Positions 21,121 through 33,000 of a DNA stretch of 64,000 bases are shown here, piece after piece. The stretch is from Terrimicrobiaceae bacterium. Lineage in GTDB: Bacteria; Verrucomicrobiota; Verrucomicrobiia; Chthoniobacterales; Terrimicrobiaceae. Under the pieces are notes generated by a model. That model had not been told where the DNA came from, did not search any database, and worked only from the letters and a program-made list of their open reading frames with translations. Location of the stretch: contig JBGSVZ010000043.1 of NCBI GenBank assembly GCA_041752695.1, positions 32,001 to 96,000 on the forward strand, written 5' to 3'. Each line of letters begins with the position of its first letter. Position 1 is the first letter of the stretch. A program made the position numbers and the translations under genes.

Positions 21121-22033
21121 CGAGCCGGATCCTCCGGTCGAGCAGGGTGTAGAGCACATCCACCGCGAGGTTGAAAAGAACGAGCAAGGCACAATAGACA
21201 ATGACCACCCCGCCGAGGAGAAACCCGTCGCGGTTGAGGATCGAATTGACAAAAAATCCGCCTGCGCCGGGGATATGGAAAATGGTTTCGACCACGATGG
21301 AACCGGTCAGCAAATGTGCGGCGAGCGGGCCAAGAAACGACACGACCGGGAGGATGGCCACGCGCAGGGCATGACGGTAGAGCACCACGCGTTCCGCCAA
21401 CCCCTTGGCACGGGCCGTGCGGATGTAATCCTGGCCGAGCGTTTCCACCATGCTGCCGCGGAGCAGTCGGGCAATGTAGGCGACATAAGGCGCGGCGAGG
21501 GTGAGGGTGGGCAGAATGAGGGTTTCCGGCGAACCCCAGCCGCCCACCGGCAACCAGCCCAGCCAAAGGCTGAAGACCAGAATCAAAATGGGGCCGACGA
21601 TAAAAGCGGGGAGGGACACGGCCCCCAACGCAAAAAACATTGCGAGGGTGTCCTTCCATGTCCCCTTGCCGGCGGCGGCCGTGACTCCGAGCACGACCCC
21701 ACCGCAGACCGCGAGGGCAAACGCAGAAGCCCCCAGTGCCATGGTGACCGGCAGAGTTTGGATCAGAATTTCGCCGACGGAGCGGTTGAGATATTTGGTG
21801 GAGTCCCTCAGGTCGCCACGAATGAGGTCGGAAACGTAGCCCGTATATTGTTGCCAGAGCGGCCCATCGAGCTCGTATTTCTCGAGAAGTTTTTTCTCGA
21901 TGGCCGGAGGCAGCTTACGCTCGCGATCGAACGGGCCGCCGGGAGAGATCCGGATGAGGAAAAACGTGATTGTGACCACGCAGAACAGCACAACCCCGAG
22001 GGCGACAAGTCGGCGGATGAGAAATGCGATCAC
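21113..22033 (-). CDS. oppB: Oligopeptide/dipeptide ABC transporter permease
   Basis: PGGPF, QDYIRTARAKGL, HALR, VETIFHIPGAG; GTG start. Confidence 0.93.
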   Translation of the reverse strand: MIAFLIRRLVALGVVLFCVVTITFFLIRISPGGPFDRERKLPPAIEKKLLEKYELDGPLWQQYTGYVSDLIRGDLRDSTKYLNRSVGEILIQTLPVTMALGASAFALAVCGGVVLGVTAAAGKGTWKDTLAMFFALGAVSLPAFIVGPILILVFSLWLGWLPVGGWGSPETLILPTLTLAAPYVAYIARLLRGSMVETLGQDYIRTARAKGLAERVVLYRHALRVAILPVVSFLGPLAAHLLTGSIVVETIFHIPGAGGFFVNSILNRDGFLLGGVVIVYCALLVLFNLAVDVLYTLLDRRIRLDG

Positions 22034-22114
22034 GCGGAATCCTCTACGGTCTCAACCTCCCGCTGCCAAGCACGGGGTTCGCACAATCCCTGAAGGACGC
22101 ACCTCCAGGAGGGG

Positions 22115-22720
22115 TCAGGCGACCTTAAAATACGGCAGCTTCGCGGAGGTCTCGTGGATGGCAGGGATGCCCTCGAGGAGGTCGGCGATGGCGTCCCATT
22201 TCCCCAGGACCAGTGCCTCCTGCGCGTGGGGCGGCAAGGTGGCTTTGAAGTCCATGTCGGCCGCCGTAACTTTCCCTTCGAGCAGGTCAATCGTGATCAT
22301 GACCGACGGGTCGGCTTCCACCAGTCCGGCGAGGGCGGCGATATCCTGTTGCGACATGACCGCGCAGGGCATGCCCAGGGTGGTCGAATTGCCGAAAAAG
22401 ATCTCCGCAAAGCTTTCCGCCAGGACGGCCCGAAATCCATAGCGGTAGAGCGCCTGCGGGGCGTGTTCGCGCGAGCTGCCGCACCCGAAATTTGAGCCGG
22501 ACATGAGAATGCTCGACCCCAAAAACCGGGGGTCGTTAAGCGGATAGGGCTTGTCGGAACCGTCTTCGTTTTTCCGTTCGTCGTAAAAGGCGTATTCGCC
22601 CAATCCGTCGAATGTGATGCACTTCATGAAGCGCGCCGGAATGATGCGGTCGGTGTCGATATCCTCGCCGGGAATGTAGATTCCCCGGCCGGTCACTTGG
22701 GTGATTTTTTCAAGAGCCAT
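22115..22720 (-). CDS. leuD: 3-isopropylmalate dehydratase small subunit
   Basis: DIDTDRIIPARF, NFGCGSSREHA, SFAEIF. Confidence 0.97.
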   Translation of the reverse strand: MALEKITQVTGRGIYIPGEDIDTDRIIPARFMKCITFDGLGEYAFYDERKNEDGSDKPYPLNDPRFLGSSILMSGSNFGCGSSREHAPQALYRYGFRAVLAESFAEIFFGNSTTLGMPCAVMSQQDIAALAGLVEADPSVMITIDLLEGKVTAADMDFKATLPPHAQEALVLGKWDAIADLLEGIPAIHETSAKLPYFKVA

Positions 22721-22735
22721 GGTAATAAAATCCGA

Positions 22736-24145
22736 TCAGTTGACGTTAAATACCTCGCGGGCATCGGCGATCTCGCCGGACACCGCCGCGGCGGCGACCA
22801 TGAGGGGGCTCATCAGGACGGTGCGTCCGGTCGGGCTGCCTTGGCGGCCTTTGAAGTTACGGTTGCTGGAACTGGCGCAAAGTTGGTCGCCGATCAGTTT
22901 GTCGGGATTCATGGCGAGGCACATGGAACACCCGGCTCCGCGCCACTCGAATCCAGCTTCGCGGAAAATTTCCGCTAAGCCCATTTTTTCGGCAATCAGA
23001 GAAACGCCCTGCGAACCGGGAACCACGATGGCTTTGACGCCGGGGCTGACCTTGCGGCCTTTCAAAAAGCGGGCCACCTCGGTGAGGTCGCTCAGGCGGC
23101 CGTTCGTGCAACTTCCGAGGAAAGCGACGTCGACCTTGGTGCCCTTGATGGGGGTGCCTGCCTTGAGATGCATGTGGACCAGGGCCTCCTCTGCGGTGGC
23201 GCGGTCTTTCTCCGGGAGTTCGCTCGGAACCGGGACCTGCTCGTCGATAAAGATGGCCTGCCCGGGATTGATTCCCCAGGTGACGGTGGGCGCGATGTCG
23301 GAGGCCTGATAGGTGACGACGTCGTCGTAAAATGCGCCCGGGTCGGACGCGAAGGATTTCCAGCGTTCCACGGCCGCGTCCCATTCGGCGCCGGTCGGGG
23401 AATACGGGCGGCCTTTGAGATAGGCAAACGTGGTTTCGTCGGGATTCACATAGCCCACGCGCGCACCACCTTCGATGGACATATTGCACACGGTCATGCG
23501 CTCCTCCTGCGTAAAGGCGTCAAAGGTCGAGCCTCCGTATTCGTAGGCGTAGCCGATGCCGCCGTTCACCCCCAACTTGCGGATGATGTGCAGAATCACA
23601 TCCTTGGCATAGACGCCGGGCGCGAGTTTGCCCTCGACGTTGATCCGCCGAACCTTGGGCTTGCGGATTGCCATGGTTTGAGTCGCCAGAACGTCGCGGA
23701 CCTGACTGGTGCCAATGCCGAACGCGATGGCCCCAAAGGCCCCGTGGGTCGAAGTGTGAGAATCTCCGCAGGCGATCGTCGTGCCCGGCTGGGTGATGCC
23801 TTGCTCGGGGCCCACGATGTGCACGATGCCCTGTTTCCCGGTCGGGATGTCGAAAAAGGTGATATCGAATTCTTCGCAGTTCTTGCGCAGAGCCTTGATC
23901 ATGTCGTCGGCCAACTGGTCGGAAAAGGGTTCCTCGGATTCATCGGTCGGAACGATATGATCCACCGTTGCGAAGGTGCGCCGGGGGTAGAGGACGTCCA
24001 GCTTGAGGTCGCGCAGCATCCCGAAGGCCTGCGGGCTCGTTACTTCGTGAATGAGATGGGTTCCGATGAGGAGCTGGGTGTTTCCATTCGGCAACTCCCG
24101 CACGGAGTGTGTTTCCCAAACCTTGTCCAACAATGTCTTGCTCAT
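22736..24145 (-). CDS. leuC: 3-isopropylmalate dehydratase large subunit
   Basis: [41 protein letters not shown]; start MSKTLLDK. Confidence 0.97.
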   Translation of the reverse strand: MSKTLLDKVWETHSVRELPNGNTQLLIGTHLIHEVTSPQAFGMLRDLKLDVLYPRRTFATVDHIVPTDESEEPFSDQLADDMIKALRKNCEEFDITFFDIPTGKQGIVHIVGPEQGITQPGTTIACGDSHTSTHGAFGAIAFGIGTSQVRDVLATQTMAIRKPKVRRINVEGKLAPGVYAKDVILHIIRKLGVNGGIGYAYEYGGSTFDAFTQEERMTVCNMSIEGGARVGYVNPDETTFAYLKGRPYSPTGAEWDAAVERWKSFASDPGAFYDDVVTYQASDIAPTVTWGINPGQAIFIDEQVPVPSELPEKDRATAEEALVHMHLKAGTPIKGTKVDVAFLGSCTNGRLSDLTEVARFLKGRKVSPGVKAIVVPGSQGVSLIAEKMGLAEIFREAGFEWRGAGCSMCLAMNPDKLIGDQLCASSSNRNFKGRQGSPTGRTVLMSPLMVAAAAVSGEIADAREVFNVN

Positions 24146-24270
24146 GATTTTCTTTGCTCTTTGCGCCTGAAGGCGAACGGAAAAGCATCTCCGCAAATCG
24201 TTCCGGGCGCAAGTTCCTTGTCAACTTCATGACCTTGCGCCACAGTACATAAAACTCCCCGCAAAATCCC

Positions 24271-24855
24271 ATGCCCATCGCGAATCCCGACCATTGGTAT
24301 TTAAAGAAACACGATCACGGGGAAGTTTTTGGCCCTGTTCATTTCGATAAAATCAAGGATTGGGCACGCTCCGCCCAGATCAATCCCCAGGACATGCTAT
24401 CCGAGGACAGCAAGGTCTGGACGAAGGCGCCCATGATTCCGGAGCTGGAAATGGACTGGCTGGTGGTGGTCGGGGACAATTTGCTCTACGGTCCAACCAC
24501 AGCTGGGTCGCTCCTGGAATTTGTCCAACTCGGCGAGATCACCTCCGAGACTGCGCTGGTGAACTGCTGCACCGGGCAAGTTTGGAATCTGAGCGAAACG
24601 CCTTTTTACGAACAGGCGCAATTGGAGCCGAAGGAGGACGTGATTCCCAATAATCCCCTGCTCGCCATGCTTCAGCAGCCGGGTGCGGGAGGGTTGAAGT
24701 CCAACCTTCAAAAACGGGTGCGTGAATTGGAGTCGGCGCTCCTCGACAAGCGCCGCAAGCTGATGACCGCGGAAGAGACCATCACGCGCCTCGAAACGAA
24801 GGTGCACGACCTTGAGCTCAAGGTGCGCGAGTTGACCGGGTTTCACAAAAACTGA
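24271..24855 (+). CDS. Hypothetical protein with two GYF_2-like (W..YGP) units and a C-terminal coiled coil
   Basis: WYLKK..GEVFGPV and WLVVV..LLYGPT repeats; heptad-rich tail. Confidence 0.65.
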   Translation: MPIANPDHWYLKKHDHGEVFGPVHFDKIKDWARSAQINPQDMLSEDSKVWTKAPMIPELEMDWLVVVGDNLLYGPTTAGSLLEFVQLGEITSETALVNCCTGQVWNLSETPFYEQAQLEPKEDVIPNNPLLAMLQQPGAGGLKSNLQKRVRELESALLDKRRKLMTAEETITRLETKVHDLELKVRELTGFHKN

Positions 24856-24865
24856 CCGGTTGGTT

Positions 24866-25297
24866 TTACCGGAGCTTCCGCAGCCGCGCGTCGAGATCGC
24901 GCCCCGCGGCGTCTATCTCTTCGCGGAGTTGGAGGGCCGACATCGTGTAGCCGCCGAAACTTTCCACGGTCGTGCGTTCCATGATGTCGTCCGTGGCGAC
25001 GGTCACTTCGTATTTGTCTGCATAGGTGGCCACGAGTCGTTCGATGATGCTGTCGGCCGTCTGACCGTCGCGGGAATAAAAGATCTTGATGCCGTGAGGT
25101 TCGCTGGCCTCGGAGTTTTTGCGGCCGGTGCCGTCGAAAACGACAGCCACATTCCAATCGGAGTTGTCCTGCAGACCATTGAGCATCCGGACGAGAGTTT
25201 CACGGGCGACGGCACCGCGTTTGGCGTGTTGCAGGGTGAGATCGGGCCACTGGAAAATCATGCTGTGGCCGTCAACGATGAGCACGCGTGGTTTCAT
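24866..25297 (-). CDS. NYN-domain (YacP-like) ribonuclease
   Basis: LIVDGHS, VVFDG, TADSIIE, VATDD acidic PIN/NYN motifs. Confidence 0.88.
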   Translation of the reverse strand: MKPRVLIVDGHSMIFQWPDLTLQHAKRGAVARETLVRMLNGLQDNSDWNVAVVFDGTGRKNSEASEPHGIKIFYSRDGQTADSIIERLVATYADKYEVTVATDDIMERTTVESFGGYTMSALQLREEIDAAGRDLDARLRKLR

Positions 25298-25383
25298 GAT
25301 CTTCGGATTTAAATTAAGACGCTCCGCTAGGCTTGTCTAATCGCAAACTTGCAGACTACCCCGGAACGCGCTAAGGTTCCTTC

Positions 25384-25770
25384 GTGACTTCGAATATTCC
25401 ACGCTTCGCTGTGATCCTCCTGGTCATGGTGGCTTGGATGTTTGCTTCGAATCACTGCGCGATCGGCGCGATGATGGCGGCGGCGGATGACCATGCCTGC
25501 TGTCACCAAAGCGAAACCTCTTCAGGCCCGGTCATGGAATGTTGCCACGCGCTGAGCGCACCACTTCCTGCCGCTGTGGTCATTCCGGTGTCCGGGCAAT
25601 TCGTGCTGCTCGCCGCCTGGGAGGAAGTCTTCTTCCTCTCTTGTGCAGTTTTGGAAAATCCCGCAGCGGTTCTCGTGTCCGCCCAGGGTCCGCCCGGTGC
25701 TTTTGCCTTCGCGGAGTTGGTCTTGAATCGGAGCCTGCTGGCGCACGCTCCCCCGGTTGTTGTCGCTTAA
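25384..25770 (+). CDS. Cys/His-rich exported leader protein (DUF2946/CruR/CutF-like) heading the copper operon
   Basis: GTG start; hydrophobic N-terminus; NHC, HACCH, ECCH; C-terminal QGPP and HAPP; directly upstream of the YHS-copA-cusBA genes. Confidence 0.65.
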   Translation: MTSNIPRFAVILLVMVAWMFASNHCAIGAMMAAADDHACCHQSETSSGPVMECCHALSAPLPAAVVIPVSGQFVLLAAWEEVFFLSCAVLENPAAVLVSAQGPPGAFAFAELVLNRSLLAHAPPVVVA

Positions 25771-25858
25771 TTCGCCGCCTCCTGCCACACGGCATGGGGT
25801 TTTCCGCGTTCCAGACAGGTTCTGGCGCGATCTCTGAAAAATTCCCACAACGACAACT

Positions 25859-26104
25859 ATGAAAATTCTGACTTTGATTCTCCTCCTCGCCTCCGGCTGC
25901 CTCGTGCAGGCCGCTGAGGCGCAAAAACCGGTGTATCCACTCACCACCTGCGTGGTCTCGGGTAAAAAACTCGACTCCATGGGCGGACCCTTCATCACGC
26001 ACTACAACGGCGTGGAAGTTCGCTTTTGCTGCGAGCACTGCCAGCCGAAGTTTGAAAAGGATCCTGCGACGTTTCTGAAAAAAATTCAGGACGCCTCGAA
26101 ATAA
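25859..26104 (+). CDS. Small exported YHS/TRASH-like metal-binding protein
   Basis: Signal peptide; CVVSG..L..M..Y.G..V.FCCEHC..KF.KDP. Confidence 0.8.
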   Translation: MKILTLILLLASGCLVQAAEAQKPVYPLTTCVVSGKKLDSMGGPFITHYNGVEVRFCCEHCQPKFEKDPATFLKKIQDASK

Positions 26105-26155
26105 CCTGCGGTTGCCCGCGGGTGTTTTGCACCCGCGGACGACTTTTCTCATTTT

Positions 26156-28414
26156 ATGTCTGAGCAACACTGCTGCCATGGCGGGCATCACGCGTCGACG
26201 TCTGTCGCACCTACCAAGGAATGGTTCTGTCCCATGTGTCCGGGGGTGGAGTCCGACAAACCCGGCGCCTGTTCAAAATGTGGCATGGCCCTGGAGCGGA
26301 ATCCCGCGTTTGTCCGGGCTGCCACGTACACCTGTCCCATGCACCCCGAGGTGCGGTTGGATCATCCCGGCGAATGCCCGATCTGCGGGATGGCGCTGGA
26401 AGCGGTGCAACCCGAACCCGCCGAAGACAACGCCGAACTCCGCGATATGACGCGGCGGTTTTTCATCGGCCTGCCGCTGGCGCTGCCCGTTATTATACTC
26501 GCGATGGCTGAGCACGTCCCCTCCCTGCGGGTGCTGCCCCCGGTCGTGTCCGCCTGGATCCAATTCCTCCTCGCCACCCCCGTCGTGCTGTGGTGCGGGT
26601 GGCCGTTCTTCGAGCGGGGCTACCGATCCATCGTCTCCTGGCATTTGAACATGTTCACCCTCATCGCGCTGGGTACGGGGGCGGCTTATGTGTTTAGCGT
26701 CATTGTCTTGTTTTTCCCGGGATTGTTGCCGCATGAGATGCGGCACGACGGGATGCTGCCGGTGTATTTTGAGGCGGCTGCTGTGATCATTGTGCTGGTC
26801 TTGCTCGGCCAGGTGCTCGAACTCCGGGCACGCGCCGGAACGGGAGCTGCCATCAAGGCGCTCCTTGATCTCGCGCCGAAAATTGCCCATCGGGTTCGCG
26901 CCGGTGCTGAGCAGGATGTGCCACTCGATCAGGTGCAATCCGGGGATCTTCTCCGCGTGAAGCCGGGCGAAAAGGTGCCGGTGGATGGCGTGGTGACCGA
27001 AGGCCAGTCCGCGGTGGATGAATCCATGCTCACCGGCGAGCCCCTGCCCGTGGAGAAGGCGGTCGGCGCGCGTGTCGCGGGCGGAACGATCAACGGCAAC
27101 GGCAGTCTGGTTTTCCGCGCTGACCGGGTCGGGTCGGAAACCCTGCTCGCGCAGATCGTCCAGATGGTCGCGTCCGCCCAGCGGAGCCGCGCGCCGATTC
27201 AGCGCCTCGCCGATGTGGTCGCCGGGTGGTTTGTGCCAGCCGTCGTGACCGTTGCGGTGATCACGTTTTTCGTGTGGCTGTTTTTCGGTCCGGCACCCGC
27301 CTTAACGTACGCTTTGGTGAATGCTGTGGCGGTGCTGATCATTGCCTGCCCTTGTGCGCTCGGTCTGGCGACGCCGATGTCCATCATGGTCGCGGTGGGA
27401 CGGGGGGCGGGTTTGGGCGTGTTGATCAAGGAAGCTGCGGCGCTGGAGACGCTGGAAAAGGTTGACACGCTCGTGGTTGATAAAACCGGTACGCTCACCG
27501 AGGGCCGCCCTGCCGTCACGGCGGTCGCCGCCGTTTCCAGCGAGGACGAAGTGCTTGGTCTGGCGGCGGCTTTGGAAGCACAAAGCGAACACCCGCTGGC
27601 CGGGGCGGTGGTGCGGCTGGCCCAAGAACGTGGGCTCACCGCGGGCCGGGTGGAGGATTTTTCCGCCATCACGGGCGGTGGCGTGCGAGGCAGGGTCGAT
27701 GGCCGCTCCGTTCTCGTAGGCAAACGGGCCTTGCTGGAGGAGGCTGGGGTGGGGAATTTTGCCGCCTTGGAAAAGCAGGCCTTTGCTGCGCAGGCCGAGG
27801 GCCGGACCGTCATCTGGGTCGCCTGCGACGGAAAAGTCGCGGGATTTTTGGTCCTCTCCGACCCGGTGAAAAAGAGCACGTCCGAGGCCATCGAAGCGCT
27901 GCACAAGCTCGGTATCAAAATCAGCATGCTCACGGGCGATAATCTCCAAACCGCGGCGCATCTGGCAAAAAATCTCGGCATCGATGATTTCGTCGCTGAG
28001 GTCAGTCCGGCCGACAAACAATCTCGTGTCACCGCATGGAAAAAGCAGGGCCGCGTGGTGGCCATGGCGGGTGACGGCGTGAACGACGCCCCCGCGCTGG
28101 CGGCAGCGGATGTGGGCATTGCCATGGGCACCGGCACGGATGTGGCCATGGAAAGCGCCGGCATCACCCTGGTGAAGGGCGATCTGCGCGGCATCGTGCA
28201 GGCCATCGCCCTTAGTCGCGCCACTATGCGCAACATCCGGCAAAACCTGCTCTTTGCGTTTTTGTATAACGTCCTCGGAGTGCCGATCGCCGCGGGGGTC
28301 TTGTATCCGGTCTTCGGCATTCTGCTCAGCCCCATTATCGCCAGCGCGGCGATGTCGCTAAGCAGTGTCTCCGTCGTAGGCAACGCCCTGCGGCTTCGAA
28401 AGGTCAAATTATGA
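26156..28414 (+). CDS. copA: Cu(I)/Ag(I)-translocating P1B-type ATPase
   Basis: N-terminal CPM(C/H)P..C..CGMAL repeats, [27 protein letters not shown] and MSLSS Cu(I) signatures. Confidence 0.96.
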   Translation: MSEQHCCHGGHHASTSVAPTKEWFCPMCPGVESDKPGACSKCGMALERNPAFVRAATYTCPMHPEVRLDHPGECPICGMALEAVQPEPAEDNAELRDMTRRFFIGLPLALPVIILAMAEHVPSLRVLPPVVSAWIQFLLATPVVLWCGWPFFERGYRSIVSWHLNMFTLIALGTGAAYVFSVIVLFFPGLLPHEMRHDGMLPVYFEAAAVIIVLVLLGQVLELRARAGTGAAIKALLDLAPKIAHRVRAGAEQDVPLDQVQSGDLLRVKPGEKVPVDGVVTEGQSAVDESMLTGEPLPVEKAVGARVAGGTINGNGSLVFRADRVGSETLLAQIVQMVASAQRSRAPIQRLADVVAGWFVPAVVTVAVITFFVWLFFGPAPALTYALVNAVAVLIIACPCALGLATPMSIMVAVGRGAGLGVLIKEAAALETLEKVDTLVVDKTGTLTEGRPAVTAVAAVSSEDEVLGLAAALEAQSEHPLAGAVVRLAQERGLTAGRVEDFSAITGGGVRGRVDGRSVLVGKRALLEEAGVGNFAALEKQAFAAQAEGRTVIWVACDGKVAGFLVLSDPVKKSTSEAIEALHKLGIKISMLTGDNLQTAAHLAKNLGIDDFVAEVSPADKQSRVTAWKKQGRVVAMAGDGVNDAPALAAADVGIAMGTGTDVAMESAGITLVKGDLRGIVQAIALSRATMRNIRQNLLFAFLYNVLGVPIAAGVLYPVFGILLSPIIASAAMSLSSVSVVGNALRLRKVKL

Positions 28415-30036
28415 AATCCCTCATCCTGTTTCTTTGCGCCATGCTGCTCGCCGGCTGTTCCAAACCGCCCGCCGATGATGGCCGCAAAATCAAGCTCTAC
28501 CAAAGCCCGATGCACCCGTGGATCACGTCCGACAAACCGGGCAATTGCACTATCTGCGGGATGGCCCTCGTGCCGGTCTATGAAGGCGACCAGCCGCTCG
28601 AGAGCCGCGATGGCCTGATTTCGCTGCATGGCGATTCCGTCAATGTTATCGGCGTCACCACCGTGCCCGTGCGGCGGATCGAACTCACCCGCGCCCTGCG
28701 TTTCAGCGGCATCCTGGAGGATGATGAAAATATCCACCGCGTGATCGCCGCGTTTTACGATGGCCGGATCGAGCAGGTGAATGTTCTGCATGTCGGACAG
28801 TATCTGGAAAAAGGCCAGCCGCTGGCTTCGCTCTACAGTCCGGAGTTGCTTTACGTCGTTCGCGAATTTCAAAACGCCATGCGGGGCAAAAACGACGTGG
28901 CGGCCCGAAATTCCGCACAGCGGCTCATTCAATATGGCCTCACCGCGGAGCAACTCGCCGCCATCGCCAAGCAACCCGACAATGTTTATACCGTCGATCT
29001 GCTGGCGCCCATCAGCGGCACGGTGCTGACCAAGAAAGCCTACAAAGGCCAGTATATTAAAACCGGCGAACCACTCTTCGAGATGGGCGACCTCGCCAGG
29101 CTGTGGTTTCACGCGGAGGTGTATGAACGGGATCTGGCGGAAGTTCGCCTTGGGCAAAAAGCCATCCTCCGCACCCCGACCGTGCCGGGTCGCGAATTCG
29201 AGGGCGTAGTTACGTTTATTGATCCGAATTTTGACGCGCAGACCCGCAGCACGAAGGTCCGTATCGAGGTGGATAATCCGCCCGCCGAAGGGGATGGGCA
29301 GGGCCTTCGCCGGATTCTGCCGCACCGCGCTTATGCCGAGGCCTCCATTTTGGCCGAGGTGGGAGAAACTCTCGTTGTGCCTCGTTCCGCCGTCCTCCGC
29401 GACGGACGCCGCGAGGTCGTTTATCTCGATTCGGGCGAGGGAAAATACGAGCAGCGTTCCGTCAAAACCGGCCGCGTCGGGGACGAAGGCATCGAGATTC
29501 TGGAAGGCCTTGAGGAAGGGGACAAGGTTGTCACGCAGGGCAACCTCATGATCGACGCCGAGGCCCAGCTTCGCAGCGGGGTCGTGTCGTCCGGCGAAGT
29601 GAAACCGTCCGTTCCTCCGCAAAAAGACGCCGAGGCGTTTCTTCTCCAGTTGGCCAAGGTTTCCTCCGCTCTGGCTGCGGAGGACATCGTTGCCGCTGCC
29701 AAGGAAGCCCGGTCCCTGCATGATCTCGCGACGGCGATTCCCGGCGATTCGCTTCCCGATTTGGAGGCACTTAAAACCCTGGTGAATCCGTCCGGCAGTG
29801 ATCTGAGTGCGCTAAGGCAAAGTTTTCTTCCCTGGAGCCTTGGCGGCTCCGAGCTGGCGCTGGCCATGCAGCGTGGAGGACAGAAAACCGATCTGCACGT
29901 TTTCGAATGTCCCATGACGGGTGACAGTTTTCCCGGCGCACCGGAACAGGCCCGCTGGGTGCAGTCCGGCACCGATGTCCGCAATCCATATTTGGGTGCG
30001 GCCATGCTGACCTGTGGCGCGGAGATGAAACCATGA
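28411..30036 (+). CDS. cusB: CusB-type heavy-metal RND periplasmic adaptor with N-terminal metal-binding domain and C-terminal DUF3347-like domain
   Basis: Lipobox LAGC; SPMHP..CTICGM; YSPEL, APISG; tail [17 protein letters not shown]. Confidence 0.9.
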   Translation: MKSLILFLCAMLLAGCSKPPADDGRKIKLYQSPMHPWITSDKPGNCTICGMALVPVYEGDQPLESRDGLISLHGDSVNVIGVTTVPVRRIELTRALRFSGILEDDENIHRVIAAFYDGRIEQVNVLHVGQYLEKGQPLASLYSPELLYVVREFQNAMRGKNDVAARNSAQRLIQYGLTAEQLAAIAKQPDNVYTVDLLAPISGTVLTKKAYKGQYIKTGEPLFEMGDLARLWFHAEVYERDLAEVRLGQKAILRTPTVPGREFEGVVTFIDPNFDAQTRSTKVRIEVDNPPAEGDGQGLRRILPHRAYAEASILAEVGETLVVPRSAVLRDGRREVVYLDSGEGKYEQRSVKTGRVGDEGIEILEGLEEGDKVVTQGNLMIDAEAQLRSGVVSSGEVKPSVPPQKDAEAFLLQLAKVSSALAAEDIVAAAKEARSLHDLATAIPGDSLPDLEALKTLVNPSGSDLSALRQSFLPWSLGGSELALAMQRGGQKTDLHVFECPMTGDSFPGAPEQARWVQSGTDVRNPYLGAAMLTCGAEMKP

Positions 30037-33000
30037 ACACCGAAGAACACCCCGGGCTGATCGCCTGGCTGGTGGATTGGTCGCTGCGCAATCGATTCCT
30101 CGTCGCTTGCGCCACGCTTCTGGTGATCGGGTGGGGAATCTGGGCGGTGCGCCACACGCCGGTCGATGCCATTCCGGATCTGAGCGAAAACCAGGTGATC
30201 GTTTATGCGGATTGGGCCGGCCGCAGTCCGCAGGAAGTGGAGGATCAGGTCACCTATCCGCTTTCCACGAATCTCCAGGGCCTCGCTGGCGTGAAGGAAG
30301 TGCGGGCGCAATCCATGTTCGGCTTTTCGCTGCTCACTGTCGTTTTCGACGACAGCATCGACAACTACTTTGCCCGCACCCGCGTGCTCGAGCGGCTGAG
30401 CTTTTTGCAGACGTTGCTGCCGGAAGCCGTCACGCCGCAACTCGGCCCCGACGCCACCGGGCTTGGCTGGGTTTATCAATATTACCTCAAGGTCGATCCG
30501 GCCAAAAGCCCGAACGGCGGTTACGATCTCGGCACGCTGCGGTCGTTGCAGGATTTTTTCCTGCGCTATCAACTCGCTGCGGTCGAAGGCGTAGCCGAAG
30601 TGGCCAGCGTGGGCGGCTTTGTGCGGCAGTATCAGGTGGCGGTGGACTCCGGGAAAATGCGGCAGGCCGGGGTGAATCTGCGCGAGGTGATGGACGCCCT
30701 GGCTAATAGCAACCTTAACGTTGGCGGCAAGGTCATCGAGGAAAATGGGATGGAATTTGTCGTGCGCGGCATTGGGCTGGTCAATTCCCTCGACGATCTT
30801 AAACGCATCGCCGTGCGCACCGAAGGCGGCCTGCCCATTTACCTGGAGGATATCGCGAGCATTTCCATGGGCGGGGATTTCCGCCGGGGTGCGCTCGATG
30901 TCGATGGCAACGAAGTCGTGGGCGGCGTGGTCGTGATGCGCACGGGCGAAAATGCCATGCGGGTGATCGAACGGGTGAAGGAAAAAATCGCCCGCATCGC
31001 GCCGAGCCTGCCTGCGGGAGTGACCATTGAACCGTTCTACGACCGCAGCGATCTCATTGATCGCACCATCGAGACGCTGCGCCATGCCCTCATTGAGGAA
31101 ATCATCCTCGTGACCCTCGCTCACATTATCTTTCTGTGGCACTTCCGCAGCATCCTCATCGTCACGATTCCGTTGCCGGTTTCGATTTTGATCTCGTTCA
31201 TCCTGATGGACGTGTTTGGCATTTCGTCGAATGTCATGTCGCTGGCTGGCATCGCCATCGCCATCGGCGTGCTGGTGGATGCGGCGATTGTCATGACGGA
31301 GAACGTCATCCGCCATAACGAGGAGGCGGAGAAGAAAAAGGGTTCCAAGCTCACGGCGCACGAGACACTGGAAGTGACCCGCGTCGCGGCCCGTCAGGTG
31401 GGCAGGCCGATCTTTTTTGCCATGGCCATCATTATCCTGGCGTTCCTGCCGGTCTTTGCCTTGGGCGGACAGGAAGGCAAACTTTTCCACCCGCTGGCCT
31501 TCACGAAGACCTTTGCCATGATCGGAGCGACGCTGTTGGGTGTGACGCTTGTGCCGGTCCTTTGCACCTGGTTGGTGCGCGGCCCTTTTCATGAGGAGAA
31601 GGACAATGTCGTAATGCGCTTTTTGATGCGCATCTATCGCCCGGCCTTGGAGTGGGCGCTGGGTCACGGGAAAACCGTGCTGCTTTGCGCCTTCGCCTTG
31701 CTGGCCGCAGCAGTCGTTCTGGCGTCCCGGATAGGCAGCGAGTTCATGCCGCCGCTGGAGGAGGGGAGTCTGCTATTTATGCCCGTCCTGCTTCCGAGCA
31801 CCTCGCTCACGGAAGTGAAGCGTGTGATGTCCTGGCAGGACCGCGTGATCAAGAGCGTGCCGGAAGTGGAGTCCGTCGCGGGAAAACTCGGCCGCGCCGA
31901 AACGCCCACCGATCCCGCCCCGGTGGAAATGATCGAAACCACCATCATGCTCAAACCGCGTTCCGCCTGGCGCGCGGGACTGACGAAGGAAAAGATCATC
32001 GCCGAACTGAGTGAAAAACTCAGCGTGGTTCCCGGCTACGTGCCCGGCTTTCTCCAGCCCATCGAAAACCGCATCCTCATGCTGAGCACGGGCATTCGCG
32101 CGCAGGTGGGCATCAAGGTGCTGGGCGCGGATCTTGATGTCATCCAGCAAGTCGCTTTTCGCATTGAGGAGGTCGTGCGCAAAATTCCCGGCGCGGTCGG
32201 TGTCGCCGCCTCCCGCGTGCAGGGCAAACCGTATCTGGAGGTTCTCCCCGACCGTCAGGCTCTCGCTCGTTACGGGTTGAACATTCGTGATGTGATGGAC
32301 GTGGTGGAGATTGGGCTCGGAGGGCTGAATGTGAGCACGACGATCGAAGGCCGCGCGCGGTACCCCATCCAGCTTCGTCTGGAGCGCGGGGAAAGGACGG
32401 ACATCGAAACCCTTGGCGCGATCCTGATTCCCACGAAGGACGGTCCCTCCGTGCCGCTTGGCCAGGTTGCGACGATCCGGCGCTCGAGCGGTCCCAGCGA
32501 GATTTCCAGCGAGGACGGATTGCTTCGGGTCTTTGTGCAGACCAACGTGCAGGGGCGCGACTTGGGCGGATTTGTGAAGGAAACCCAGCGTCGGATCGAG
32601 GAAGAGGTCACGCTGCCTGCGGGCGTCACGCTCAAATGGAGCGGCCAATACGAAAATCAGCTCAGTGCCCAGCGCACGCTGACGCTGATCGTCCCCGTGG
32701 TGCTGCTGATCATTTTCATGCTGTTGGCCACGGTTTTTCGTTCCGCGATGGAGGCCGCCCACGTCATCCTCGCTGTGCCCTTTGCGCTCACTGGCGGACT
32801 TTTTCTCCAATACCTTCTCGGCTACAATTTCAGCGTGGCCGTGTGGATTGGCTACATTGCGCTTTTTGGCACCGCTATCCAAACAGGCGTGGTGATGGTG
32901 GTCTATCTGGAAGAAGCCCTCAAACGTCACCAGGAGGAAAAGGGAGCAGGTTTCACGCTGTCCGACCTCCGGGCCGCCGTGCTGGAAGGTTCCATGTTGC

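Noticed and set aside
27199..31667. 840-aa and 748-aa minus-strand ORFs
   Set aside because: They lie antisense to copA/cusB/cusA, which have clear motifs; shadow ORFs
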